Shown here: positions 1 to 9,389 of the stretch, piece after piece | Layout of the letters: the number at the start of each line of letters is the position of its first letter | How positions within the stretch are numbered: position 1 is the first letter of the stretch | Source: Erysipelotrichaceae bacterium | Lineage (GTDB): Bacteria > Bacillota_I > Bacilli_A > Erysipelotrichales > Erysipelotrichaceae | Direction of reading: 5' to 3' | Length of the DNA: 64,000 nt | Assembly (NCBI GenBank): GCA_017432895.1 | Contig: JAFRIG010000007.1 | Coordinates: 927-64,926, forward strand | Made by a program: the position numbers and the translations under genes | The notes under the pieces: model-generated | What the model was told of the DNA's origin: nothing | Seen by the model: only the letters and a program-made list of their open reading frames with translations | The model's database searches: none

Positions 1-1
1 T

Positions 2-763
2 TCTATTAAAGGCGTCAGAGAAGACACGACATTAATCGTATTAAATATCAAGAGTTTGATCCTGGACATCGCAGATGACGACGTGTATACACTTCGTATC
101 TCTGCCAAAGGTCCTTGTACAGTAAAGGCTGAAGATATCATTCTTCCGGCCGGTGTAGAAGTGCTCAATCCCGATCTGGAGATCGCCCATCTGGATAAGG
201 GCGGCGAACTGGAAATGGAACTGCTGGCCAGAAAAGGCAGAGGTTATGTTTCCGCCGATGAAAACAAGGTCCTGTATCAGGGTTCTTCACAGGGTATCGG
301 CACCATCTATACCGATGCGATCTACACGCCGGTCGTCAAGGCCAATTATTCGGTCGAACCGACCCGTGTCGGTCAGTCTGCCAAGTATGATGAACTGACG
401 ATGGAAGTATGGACAGACGGTTCCATCAATCCTAAAGAGTCACTTGCACTGGCAGCTAAGATCCTGATATCGCATTTGGAACTGTTGACGGAAGTGGATA
501 GTGAAGTTAACGAAATGGATTCCTTAATGAAGGATTACGTTAACGAAGGCAATTCCAAGAAAGTCAATATGTCCATTGATGATCTCGATCTTACAGTCAG
601 ATCTTACAACTGCTTAAAAAGAGCTGGTATCTCGACCGTTGAAGAACTGACACAGAAGACAGAAGAAGAAATGAGCAGAGTAAGGAATCTGGGCAAGAAA
701 TCCCTGAAAGAAGTCAAGGAAAAGCTCCAGGCTCTCAACCTGTCATTCAAACACATTGACTAA
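2..763 (+). CDS. rpoA: DNA-directed RNA polymerase subunit alpha (5' end outside window)
   Basis: The reading frame is open from the window edge (pos 2: SIKGVREDTTLIVLNIKSL...). The C-terminal domain carries the 'DDLDLTVRSYNCLKRAGISTVEELT' helix-hairpin-helix typical of the alpha-CTD. rplQ follows immediately, as in the conserved cluster. Confidence 0.95.
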   Translation, partial: SIKGVREDTTLIVLNIKSLILDIADDDVYTLRISAKGPCTVKAEDIILPAGVEVLNPDLEIAHLDKGGELEMELLARKGRGYVSADENKVLYQGSSQGIGTIYTDAIYTPVVKANYSVEPTRVGQSAKYDELTMEVWTDGSINPKESLALAAKILISHLELLTEVDSEVNEMDSLMKDYVNEGNSKKVNMSIDDLDLTVRSYNCLKRAGISTVEELTQKTEEEMSRVRNLGKKSLKEVKEKLQALNLSFKHID

Positions 764-778
764 GGGGGAAATTGAAAC

Positions 779-1135
779 ATGTGGAATCGTAGATTAGGCC
801 GTACAGCGGACCATAGAGTAGCCCTTCTCAGAAACATGGCGACCGATCTTATCCTGAAAGGCAAGATCGAAACAACCGAAATGAAAGCCAAGGAATTAAG
901 AAGCGTCGTCGATCATCTGATCACCATCGCCAAGAAAGGCGATCTGGCTGCCAGAAGACAGTGCGCATCCTATCTGAGAAACGTCACTACCAAAGATGGC
1001 AAGAACGCTGTTCAGGTATTGTTCGATGAAGTTGCCCCGAAATACAAAGACAGAAACGGCGGCTACACCAGAGTCATCAAGACCGGTGTCAGACGCGGTG
1101 ATGCTGCCCCGATGGCAACGATCGAATTAGTATAA
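779..1135 (+). CDS. rplQ: 50S ribosomal protein L17
   Basis: 118 aa. The N-terminus '[22 protein letters not shown]' matches the L17 signature. ATG lies 15 nt after the rpoA stop, preceded by GGGGGA. Confidence 0.95.
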   Translation: MWNRRLGRTADHRVALLRNMATDLILKGKIETTEMKAKELRSVVDHLITIAKKGDLAARRQCASYLRNVTTKDGKNAVQVLFDEVAPKYKDRNGGYTRVIKTGVRRGDAAPMATIELV

Positions 1136-1147
1136 TTCAATACATCA

Positions 1148-1173
1148 AAAGCCCTTGAAATATAGGGCTTTTT
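1148..1173 (+). terminator. Rho-independent terminator after rplQ
   Basis: Stem AAAGCCCT (1148-1155) pairs with AGGGCTTT (1164-1171), 8-nt loop, then a T run. Confidence 0.8.
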
Positions 1174-1636
1174 GAATGGTCTGATCAACAAACTTTGTTG
1201 AAGAAATGGCAGTTTGATTACTTAAATATGTATTTTCACATTATGTTGTATTATAAAAACAACTTGTATACGCAAAATTGCGTATAAAAATTTAATGCAA
1301 TCAAGAGAACTGAAAACAGAAATAAAACCGATAATTGATAGAATGAAGCATGAGAATCAATATAAGTATAATCGATGAGATCTGAAGTTCTTGAAATTCA
1401 AGAGCTTTTTAATTGGTTTCCTGCATGCCGTAAGCAAGAGATATTGGCATTGTTGTAAAATTAAAATAGAATAAAAATATGATCACCGGATCGGTGAAGA
1501 TGGAAGATCACATTTCTTTTTGTTGAAAATGAATTTTCCAAAAAAGAAAGCAATCTTTAATAAAAATAAAAATCTTTCTTGAGAGAAAATGAGCACGGAA
1601 TTGAAGGGATAGATAAAACGCGAGAGGGCTTATGCT

Positions 1637-2851
1637 ATGAAAAAGGACAATAATCTAAATACGAATAAATTCATTAAGTCGGTATGGCTGATCATGGATG
1701 AACTGCAAAGTGCCGATCAGATGGAAAACGCCTTGCAGTCGATCCTGGAAAAGATGTGCGTAGAGTATTCCTGCAGTGATGCTTCTTTATGGCTGAAACA
1801 CGATGGCAATCAAAGACTTTACATGATCGCTTCCAAGGGCAACGAGGATAATACGGGCTTGAGCATCGCCTTTGATGAAGGCGTGATCGGGGAAGTTTTT
1901 TCAACCGGCGATACCATCACTGTCAGTGAGAATGAGAAGGACTTATTTGAAAAAGATCACAACATCCATGCGCCAAACGCTTTGATCGTTCCTTTGAAGA
2001 CTCCTTATGGTGTTTTGGGGTGCATGGCTTTTTCCGGCAAAGAGACTGCTTTTGATGAGGATGAGATCCGGATCATTGAAAACTGTTCCGCTTTGATCGC
2101 ACTGGATCTTGAGGATAAAGGTTTTTCATTCGATGTTGATCTTGAAAGAAAGCCTCTGGTTTCCCTGCGTGGGATCATCAAGGAATTCATGTCCGGTGAA
2201 GAACTCAATCGGATCTTAAAGGGCATCGACCTGGATGTCTATGAGGGAGAACTGCTGGTGGTGTTAGGAGAATCTGGTTGCGGCAAGTCGACGATGTTAA
2301 ATATCATCGGCGGTATGGATAAAGCGACGGAAGGCCAGCTGATCATTGAGGGAAAGGATTTTTCCGATCCCAGTGAGAAGGAACTGACGGACTACAGAAG
2401 AGATTACATCGGTTTTATTTTTCAGTCCTACAATCTGATGCCCAATCTGACGGCTTTAGAGAATATCGAGTTCATTGCCGAGATCTCCCAAAATCCGCTG
2501 GATTCCAGCGAAGCGCTGGAAATGGTGGGGCTGGGTGATCGGGCGGACCGCTATCCTTCCGCTTTGTCCGGTGGCCAGCAGCAGCGTGTCTGCATCGCCA
2601 GGGCAATTGTCAAGGATCCCAAGATCATTCTGGCTGATGAGCCGACGGCGGCTTTGGATTTCAATACCGGCCAGGGTGTTTTGAAGGTGATCGAAAAGAT
2701 CGTCAAAGAAAGAAATACCACGGTCATCATGGTCACGCATAATGTTGAGATCGCCAAGATGGCGAATCGGGTCATCAAACTACGAAACGGAAATATCTCT
2801 TCGATCAGAACGAATTTCCATCCGATGAAGGCGGAGGATCTTGTCTGGTGA
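1637..2851 (+). CDS. ABC transporter ATP-binding protein (MacB/LolD-type) with an N-terminal GAF-like domain
   Basis: The C-terminal ~230 aa carry Walker A 'GESGCGKST', Q-loop 'FIFQSYNL', signature 'LSGGQQQRV' and Walker B 'IILADEPT'. The N-terminal ~165 aa look GAF-like ('ASLWLKHDGNQRLYMIASKG...DEGVIGEVFSTGDTITV...ALIVPLKTPYGVLGCMAF'). RBS GAGAGGG sits 8 nt upstream of the ATG. Confidence 0.85.
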   Translation: MKKDNNLNTNKFIKSVWLIMDELQSADQMENALQSILEKMCVEYSCSDASLWLKHDGNQRLYMIASKGNEDNTGLSIAFDEGVIGEVFSTGDTITVSENEKDLFEKDHNIHAPNALIVPLKTPYGVLGCMAFSGKETAFDEDEIRIIENCSALIALDLEDKGFSFDVDLERKPLVSLRGIIKEFMSGEELNRILKGIDLDVYEGELLVVLGESGCGKSTMLNIIGGMDKATEGQLIIEGKDFSDPSEKELTDYRRDYIGFIFQSYNLMPNLTALENIEFIAEISQNPLDSSEALEMVGLGDRADRYPSALSGGQQQRVCIARAIVKDPKIILADEPTAALDFNTGQGVLKVIEKIVKERNTTVIMVTHNVEIAKMANRVIKLRNGNISSIRTNFHPMKAEDLVW

Positions 2852-5800
2852 AAAGGATACAGTTTACAGATGCGATCAGAGGGATCAGGAAGCGTTTTGT
2901 TTCCTTTTTGTCGATCGTACTGATCGTTTTGATCGGAGCGGGAGCTTTTTATCTCACTAGCTTCATGGCTCAAGGTGTCAGGAAAACCGGAAACGAGTAT
3001 TTCAATGACTCCGAATACATGGATCTGCAGATGATATCTTCGTTGGGAGCCAGTGAGCAGCAGATCGCAAGGATCGCAAGGATCGATGGTGTTGAATGTG
3101 CAGAAGGAGTCGTTTCGTTAAACGGCCGGATCGCCGGCGGTGTCAATACCGTTGATGTGACGATCATGACCCTTACTGAAAAGATCAATATTCCTGAATT
3201 TACAAAAGGAAGAGCTCCGACAAATGAAAGAGAATGTGCGATTGCTTCCGATCTGGCGAAGATGTACGGTTTTCAGGTAAATGATACGGTGAGGATCTAC
3301 GCCGTTTTCAACGACAGCCCTGTCTTTAAAAATGAAGAAGTTAAGATCACGGGTATCTATAATCATCCCAATTATGTCAGAAACAATTCGTCCGTCTATA
3401 CCGTATTGGTCGACCCTTCGGCAATCGATGAAGAGGTCACTAACGGACTTTATACCAGAGTCATCATCCGGCAGAAAGGAAATGACAGCAATACTTTCTT
3501 CCAAGAGTATTTCGATAAGCAAAAAGATCTTAAGCAGCAGCTGACTGAACTTAGTCCGGAGCTTGAACGATCATCGGTGGATTACGTGAAAAACATCGGT
3601 TTAACCAAGATCGAGGAAAAACAGCAGGAAGTTGATGAACAGATAGCTGAGGCTCAGAAACAGATCGATGAGGCCAGAGAAAAGGTGGAAAAGGAACTTG
3701 CGGCCGCCCGAGCAAAGATCAACGAAAGCCAGAGCAAACTGGATGCGGGCTACAATGAACTGGTTTCCGCCGAGGCGATCGTCGATGAGCAGGAAAGCAA
3801 GCTCAAGCAGGCTGCCGCGCAATACAACAGCATCAAAAAGAAAGTCGAAGAAAGTGGAATCGATCCTGTCGCTGTCAATAACAGGCTGAAACAGGTCCTT
3901 GCCATTTTGAAAGATCTTGAACAGCTGATGTCCGAGGAGATCTATCAGGAAGTTTTCCCGGAAGAAAAGGCGGATGCGCTGATCGAAAAGCTGCAGAAAT
4001 ATGTCGAAACTTTGAGTGACGTCCTTGAAGAAGGGGTAATCGAGCGTATCGGCGAAATAGATGAAGAGTTAAAAGAGATCACGGAAGACTATATCAAAGA
4101 AAGGATCGCCGAAGCGGAAGAACTGATCGATTATTTGATCAAAAACAGGGTCGAAGGCGTCGTCGATGGCACCAACGAAGTATACCGAAAACTGTTTGAG
4201 AAGGTCGATTCAGCCAATAAATATCTGATCAGTATGCTTCAAAAGGCGATCTCGGCGATCAATCAGTATCTTGGTGCTGAAGGAGAGCTTGAATCCGGCA
4301 AACAGAAGATCGCCGATGCCAGATATCAGATCTCCGTAGGCTGGCTGGAGTATGAAGATGGCAAAAGGCAGCTGGAAAACGGCCGCAAGCAATACAATCA
4401 GAAAAAAGAAGAGGCCTACAGTCAGCTTCAAGAGGCACAGAATGAGCTGGACGCAAAGAAAGCAGAGGCCTATGAGCAGCTGGATGATGCCAGAAAACAG
4501 CTCGATGATCTAAGTTGTCGCTGGTTAGTGACTGATAGAAGAGCGGAAACAGGTTACAACGATCTGTATTCCAATTCCAACGCGATCCAGACCGCCGGCA
4601 AGATCTTCGGTATCCTGTTTGCGGTCGTCGGAGGACTGGTGTGCTTCTCGACTTTGGTCATCATCATCGAAGAAGAAAGAAAGCTGGTCGGTACCAGCAA
4701 GGCTTTCGGTTTCCACAACAACGAAATACTGGGCAAATATCTGATGTTCGGTGTCTTATCGACGCTTTCGGGCTGTCTGTTAGCGATAGCCTTGGGCATC
4801 TTTGGAGCTAAATTGATGCAGAACGTTATCTACAAGACCGGTATGTTCAATATCGGTGTGGGTGATGTCGCCGTCGACTGGAAGAAGATCATTTACGTTA
4901 CTCTTGCCGCTGTTATTTTATCTACCCTGGTGACGGTAGCTGCCTGTATCGGGCTTCTTCGTTCTCCGGCTTCCGTTTTGATGAAAGGCCAGGTCGATCA
5001 GAAGCCAAAGAAAAACAAAGCTTCGACTAATCCTAAAGGTTCTTTGTATTCGCGTCTGATCATCAGAAACATGATCAATGACAAGGCCAGAGTCATCGTT
5101 TCGATCGTCATCGTTGCCGGCAGCGTGCTGGTCATCGGCATCGGTTTCTGCATGAGGGATTCATTCAAGAAGATGCTGGAATATCAGGCTGCCAGAGTCG
5201 ATCAGTACAGTTTCCGTCTAGATCTGGGCAACAGCGTTACGCAAGAAGACAAAGTTAAGATCGAAGAGGTATTGTCGAAACATAACGCCAAATATGTGCA
5301 GGCGGCCTTCAAGGGAACTTTGTATCTGCACAATGACAATCTGGAGGGTGTCAACATCCTGGTTTGCGATGAGGGGATCATCGACTTCATCAATATCGCC
5401 GATCCTAAGACTAAGCAGAAGATCACGCTTCCAAGTGAGGGAGCTTTGGTTCAGCTCAGAATGGTGGAAAACGATTCTTTGTCGATAGGCGACAGTTATA
5501 CGATCTATGATGATTCTTTGAATGAACGTACAGTTTCATATGCCGCTACCTACAACAACTACATCGGCCGACAGCTGATCATGTCAAAGCAGGCTTATGA
5601 AAAAGCTTTCGGAAAGAAGGCAAAAGACAACTGTTACTATGTTGATCTGGATGATAGCGATCTGGAGGCGGTCAAAAAAGAGATATCCGATATCAGTCAC
5701 GATGTCTCGTTCTATATGGCCGATTCGATGTATACAAAGTTCAGGAGTGTCCTTTCGCTCTATGGGATCATAGTCGTTATGATGCTGGGATTTGCGGTCA

Positions 5801-6150
5801 TCATGTCTTTCATGATCCTGACCAATCTGGCGAATATTTTCATCACCAGAAAGAAAAAAGAACTGATCGTCATGCGCATCAACGGTTATTCGATCGCCAA
5901 AACAAAACAATATCTGGCCAGAGAGACCATCATCACGACGCTGACGGGTCTGGTTCTGGGCGTTGTTTTGGGAGCGATTCTGTCATCCAGGATCATCATG
6001 GCTATGGAACAGCCTGATACACAGTTTGCCAGAGATTTCAATCTTAAAGCCTGGATCCTGGCGGTAGTGATCGAATCACTGTTCTCTTTCATCGTCTATG
6101 CGATTTCGTTTAGAAAGATCGATCATCTCAATTTCAGAGAGATAGCTTGA
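2848..6150 (+). CDS. FtsX/MacB-type ABC transporter permease, 1100 aa, two FtsX modules, first extracytoplasmic domain carries a ~300-aa coiled coil
   Basis: GTG start overlaps the ATPase stop (GTGA). N-terminal TM at aa ~17-41. FtsX-type TM bundles at aa ~565-700 and ~960-1100. The region aa ~225-545 is E/K/Q/A-rich heptad-like sequence with three L-x-x-G motifs (KLDAG, ELESG, QLENG), as in YhgE/Pip-type proteins. Confidence 0.85.
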   Translation: MKRIQFTDAIRGIRKRFVSFLSIVLIVLIGAGAFYLTSFMAQGVRKTGNEYFNDSEYMDLQMISSLGASEQQIARIARIDGVECAEGVVSLNGRIAGGVNTVDVTIMTLTEKINIPEFTKGRAPTNERECAIASDLAKMYGFQVNDTVRIYAVFNDSPVFKNEEVKITGIYNHPNYVRNNSSVYTVLVDPSAIDEEVTNGLYTRVIIRQKGNDSNTFFQEYFDKQKDLKQQLTELSPELERSSVDYVKNIGLTKIEEKQQEVDEQIAEAQKQIDEAREKVEKELAAARAKINESQSKLDAGYNELVSAEAIVDEQESKLKQAAAQYNSIKKKVEESGIDPVAVNNRLKQVLAILKDLEQLMSEEIYQEVFPEEKADALIEKLQKYVETLSDVLEEGVIERIGEIDEELKEITEDYIKERIAEAEELIDYLIKNRVEGVVDGTNEVYRKLFEKVDSANKYLISMLQKAISAINQYLGAEGELESGKQKIADARYQISVGWLEYEDGKRQLENGRKQYNQKKEEAYSQLQEAQNELDAKKAEAYEQLDDARKQLDDLSCRWLVTDRRAETGYNDLYSNSNAIQTAGKIFGILFAVVGGLVCFSTLVIIIEEERKLVGTSKAFGFHNNEILGKYLMFGVLSTLSGCLLAIALGIFGAKLMQNVIYKTGMFNIGVGDVAVDWKKIIYVTLAAVILSTLVTVAACIGLLRSPASVLMKGQVDQKPKKNKASTNPKGSLYSRLIIRNMINDKARVIVSIVIVAGSVLVIGIGFCMRDSFKKMLEYQAARVDQYSFRLDLGNSVTQEDKVKIEEVLSKHNAKYVQAAFKGTLYLHNDNLEGVNILVCDEGIIDFINIADPKTKQKITLPSEGALVQLRMVENDSLSIGDSYTIYDDSLNERTVSYAATYNNYIGRQLIMSKQAYEKAFGKKAKDNCYYVDLDDSDLEAVKKEISDISHDVSFYMADSMYTKFRSVLSLYGIIVVMMLGFAVIMSFMILTNLANIFITRKKKELIVMRINGYSIAKTKQYLARETIITTLTGLVLGVVLGAILSSRIIMAMEQPDTQFARDFNLKAWILAVVIESLFSFIVYAISFRKIDHLNFREIA

Positions 6151-6322
6151 TTGCGATCTTTGTAAAAAAGGTTCTGGATCATTAATTGAAAGAAGATTTA
6201 GTGGGTTTAGTTTCCGGAGGATAAGCTTTTTTAGTGTAAAAAAAATTTCTGCTCAGCCTCTTTCTTGAATTCCGGAGAATATTCAATATTGGTTCTTCCT
6301 GTTTTTCCCATATAAAAGAAAA

Positions 6323-6353
6323 CACCTCCTGTACTTTTATTGTACAGAAGGTG
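6323..6353. terminator. Hairpin between convergent genes (probable terminator, best fit to the minus-strand gene)
   Basis: CACCTCCTGTAC (6323-6334) pairs with GTACAGAAGGTG (6342-6353): 12-bp stem with one mismatch. On the minus strand it is followed directly by TTTTCTTTT; on the plus strand a T6 run follows 8 nt later. Confidence 0.6.
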
Positions 6354-6442
6354 CTCCTGGTCTTTTTTAATTCACTGTCCACTTTCAATGGGGCAGTTCA
6401 CGAAACGGGCTTTTTGAATTGATCTTTTTATATTTGAAATCT

Positions 6443-7258
6443 TTAGGCTATCGTAAACAGCCCGGGGAAGTTGTCGACCAGAAACATGCCTAAGGCATAG
6501 GCAGCAACATTGGCTAAAAGGGCATAGCGATAGGGAGCAACCATCGAATAGGCCTTGCGGGAGAACAGATAGCCCTGCAAGAGGGCAAAAGGCAGATAAG
6601 CCAGCCAGATGAAGAGATAGTATTCGACCATACTGAAGCCATGCAGAAAACTGTAATATGATATCAGCAGGTTCAGGATCACCTGGAAAATGAAGGTGCT
6701 GAAGATGATGAATTTTCGCTCGCTTTTTAGAGGTCTGGCAAATAAGAGTATCACCAGTACGCTCAGGAGAGTCGATAATACTATTCTGAACGTCGTATTG
6801 ACGATCATTCTAGGATAATCGTAGTTGCGGGTAAGGACGACATGGCCATCGGCGATTTTTGCCTTATAAGTGCTGGTCAAAGCGTAGCGGTGATAGATCT
6901 CGTCGCTGACGATAAAACTCCCATCTTGAGGGAAAAACATCAGCAGTTTGAAATCATCCGGCGGATAATAGGGCCAGTAGAGTAAGCCTTCGGTAACATC
7001 CTGAAAGTAGTTAAGATAGAAATAGTGATCGCTGTCCTGATACTCATCAAAAAAGTTTATCACTTCTTCCGGAGCGTTGAGGTCGTATTCCAGTTTGGTT
7101 GACCAGGTGCCGCTGACCGTATAACGGGATAAAAGGGTGGCATAACATGGTTCTTCTATGTCTTCAAAGACGATTTTCGTCGTCTGATAATAGCCATTGG
7201 TGATGCCGATGTCTGTTCCGATAAGCAGCATGGCGATGATCGCTAACTTCTTAAGCAC
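6443..7258 (-). CDS. Hypothetical membrane protein (signal/anchor, ~140-aa extracytoplasmic domain, ~4 C-terminal TM helices)
   Basis: 271-aa ORF. Hydrophobic N-terminus 'LAIIAMLLIGTDIG', an aromatic-rich soluble segment, then hydrophobic stretches from aa ~155 onward. I recognise no family. Confidence 0.6.
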   Translation of the reverse strand: MLKKLAIIAMLLIGTDIGITNGYYQTTKIVFEDIEEPCYATLLSRYTVSGTWSTKLEYDLNAPEEVINFFDEYQDSDHYFYLNYFQDVTEGLLYWPYYPPDDFKLLMFFPQDGSFIVSDEIYHRYALTSTYKAKIADGHVVLTRNYDYPRMIVNTTFRIVLSTLLSVLVILLFARPLKSERKFIIFSTFIFQVILNLLISYYSFLHGFSMVEYYLFIWLAYLPFALLQGYLFSRKAYSMVAPYRYALLANVAAYALGMFLVDNFPGLFTIA

Positions 7259-7321
7259 ATATCAATTATAAACCATCGCCGTACAGGTTTAAAAAAGCAT
7301 CTTGCGATGCTTTGGGAAATA

Positions 7322-8173
7322 TTAGAATTCGATCTTGGTTGAAACCGGCTCATTTAACATTTCGGGATTCTGCAGGATGTGTTCGATCATGGCGACCGAG
7401 CGGGCGAAATAGAAGCCATCGCCGATCCTTTCATCGAGCGTTACACCGATGTCACAGACTTTGCGGACACTCTCTTTGCCTTCATCTGAGACCATCACTT
7501 CGTTATATATTTCGCCGATAGTTGTCAAAGATGAACAGGTACCGAAGTCGGCCAGATTGTGATAGATGGCTCCGCATCTGATCGAACCCAGGTTGGAGAT
7601 GATCATGCTGGAAAAGTAGATGTTGTTGTCGGTGAGGGAGGAAGGAAGCAGGCCAAATTTGCCTAAGAATTTGATCAGGGCAAAGATCGGCACTCTGATC
7701 AGATTGGGCATCTTGCCTAAGATGTCGGCGGCATTGTTGGCTCCGGCTTTGTCGGCGCTCTTGCCCCGCAGGTTTTCGACCTTGGCCTTGGTCTTGGCGG
7801 AAATGGTTTCCATGCTGTCGTCTTCTTCGATCGGCACCACCAGCATCAGTTCTTCGCTCTTGTCATCCAGCGACATCTTGGCCACGAAAGATAACAGGAT
7901 CTCGTTGTGTTCGTACATATGTCTATTGGAAATAAAGCGGTTAAGCTTAGGACGGTTATACATGACTTTGGCGATGGCGGTGAGAAAGGCATGGAAATAG
8001 GTATAGTGGATACCCTGTTTCTTTTTCTCTTCAATGAATTCGACCAGCTTGGTGACGTCGATCTTGCGGTCAATGTAGACTTCATTTTCCTTGCGGGTGG
8101 GTTTAAGGTCGATACAGCACTGCATCAGGGTGGAAACAGCTACTCTTTTGGCGTCTTTTCGCATCTTTGGCAC
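7322..8173 (-). CDS. Stand-alone 2-oxoacid dehydrogenase E2 / CAT-fold acyltransferase-like protein
   Basis: 283 aa. The C-terminal 'VTLDERIGDGFYFARS' aligns to the E2 catalytic motif DHRxxDG, with Glu in place of His. No lipoyl or subunit-binding domains are present. Confidence 0.6.
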   Translation of the reverse strand: MPKMRKDAKRVAVSTLMQCCIDLKPTRKENEVYIDRKIDVTKLVEFIEEKKKQGIHYTYFHAFLTAIAKVMYNRPKLNRFISNRHMYEHNEILLSFVAKMSLDDKSEELMLVVPIEEDDSMETISAKTKAKVENLRGKSADKAGANNAADILGKMPNLIRVPIFALIKFLGKFGLLPSSLTDNNIYFSSMIISNLGSIRCGAIYHNLADFGTCSSLTTIGEIYNEVMVSDEGKESVRKVCDIGVTLDERIGDGFYFARSVAMIEHILQNPEMLNEPVSTKIEF

Positions 8174-8280
8174 TCCTTTGGCATTAAGATGTTACTATTC
8201 TAACATGCTTTGGCAAAAAGCGGCTGATTATACATAAACACCTAAAAAGCATTAGAATTATAGAAGATGGGAGACATAGT

Positions 8281-9159
8281 ATGAAATATCTTAAAGTAAA
8301 AGCAAGTTTAAAAGAAGCACCGAAACGCTTCTACCGTGTTGTAGCCATCAGGGAGGATGCCGATCTTTTTGAGACGGGGGTCATACTGGGCAATGCCTTG
8401 AATTGCGAATTCGAACATTTATTCATGTTCAGAAAAGGCCAGGTCTCTTACACCGATGGTTCCTGGGGTTACGATGGTCACTTTTATTTCAATATGAATG
8501 AATGTACTTTGAAGGATCTGGGCGATAAATTCACTTTCATCTATGATTTTGGCGATGACTGGGAATTCGATTGCAAGGTCTACAGCAAAGCCATTGAAAA
8601 GGATAGTGATGAGATCGCTATCCTGCTTGATGGCAAGGGTCAGGGCATCTGGGAAGATCAGAAGTGGGTCCTGATGAGGTACCTGGATGGTGAACTCGAT
8701 CCCGATCTCGATGAAGAAAATGAGGATGAAGGGATCTGCTTCCCTTGGAACTTTGAGATCGAAAAGCTTTCCGATTTCGATACGGAATACGATCTGGAAT
8801 TTGAACAGGAGGATTTCGATGTGATCGTCAGGGATCGGATCGATGTGCTGAGATCTTTAAGGGATAGAGATTATGAAAAACCCGGTCCCTACTTCGATGA
8901 GGAGGATGACGATTACGAATTTTCTGATTTCAGTCCCCAGGATGAAGAGAGAGCCAAGCAGGATTTTGTCGATGTGCAGATCCAGAACTACCTGCTGATC
9001 TGCGACATGCTGGAGGAGTTTTCCGCCAAGTATCCTGAAGAAAGTGAGGAGGAATTACTGGAAAGAGTTAGGCAGGAACTGCTCAAAATGGCCGACCATT
9101 TTCTGGATGATCTGAGCTTCTATCTGGATGGTATCAACGTTTCCAAAGACGTTCATTAG
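8281..9159 (+). CDS. pRiA4b ORF-3-like (PF07929-type) domain protein with a strongly acidic C-terminal half
   Basis: The N-terminal ~110 aa carry 'FYRVVAIREDADLFETGVIL...LKDLGDKFTFIYDFGDDWEFDCKV', resembling the YDFGDxWxH core of the family. The C-terminal ~160 aa are D/E-rich. Confidence 0.65.
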   Translation: MKYLKVKASLKEAPKRFYRVVAIREDADLFETGVILGNALNCEFEHLFMFRKGQVSYTDGSWGYDGHFYFNMNECTLKDLGDKFTFIYDFGDDWEFDCKVYSKAIEKDSDEIAILLDGKGQGIWEDQKWVLMRYLDGELDPDLDEENEDEGICFPWNFEIEKLSDFDTEYDLEFEQEDFDVIVRDRIDVLRSLRDRDYEKPGPYFDEEDDDYEFSDFSPQDEERAKQDFVDVQIQNYLLICDMLEEFSAKYPEESEEELLERVRQELLKMADHFLDDLSFYLDGINVSKDVH

Positions 9160-9168
9160 CAAATTTCA

Positions 9169-9203
9169 AAATTCCACAAAATCCCGAATTTGTGGAATTT
9201 TTA
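9169..9203 (+). terminator. Rho-independent terminator
   Basis: Perfect 12-bp stem AAATTCCACAAA (9169-9180) / TTTGTGGAATTT (9189-9200), 8-nt loop, T-rich tail. Confidence 0.8.
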
Positions 9204-9389
9204 TATATATATGATTCCACATTTTCACCAGGTCGCTCTTAAAAAGCGCAAAAAATACACGATTGGTGCTTACGAATGAGGTCTTTTTTGTTCTACCATA
9301 AGTAATAAAGATATCGAAGTTGACTTCGGATTCGGAAAAAAATATTCCAAGCAGCTTATGTCTTATCTTAGAACAGGGGGCTAGTTAAA

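Noticed and set aside
1343-1378. 11-codon mini-ORF (MKHENQYKYNR) followed by a hairpin and T5, considered as a leader peptide or attenuator
   Set aside because: It has no Shine-Dalgarno sequence and no run of regulatory codons. It lies ~260 nt upstream of the next gene. In AT-rich DNA such a short ORF is expected by chance. The hairpin is reported separately as a possible orphan terminator.
6182-6388. 68-aa minus-strand ORF in the gap between the FtsX permease and the membrane protein
   Set aside because: It spans the terminator hairpin (6323-6353), has no RBS and is basic and low-complexity. The region is better explained as 3' UTR and terminator sequence.
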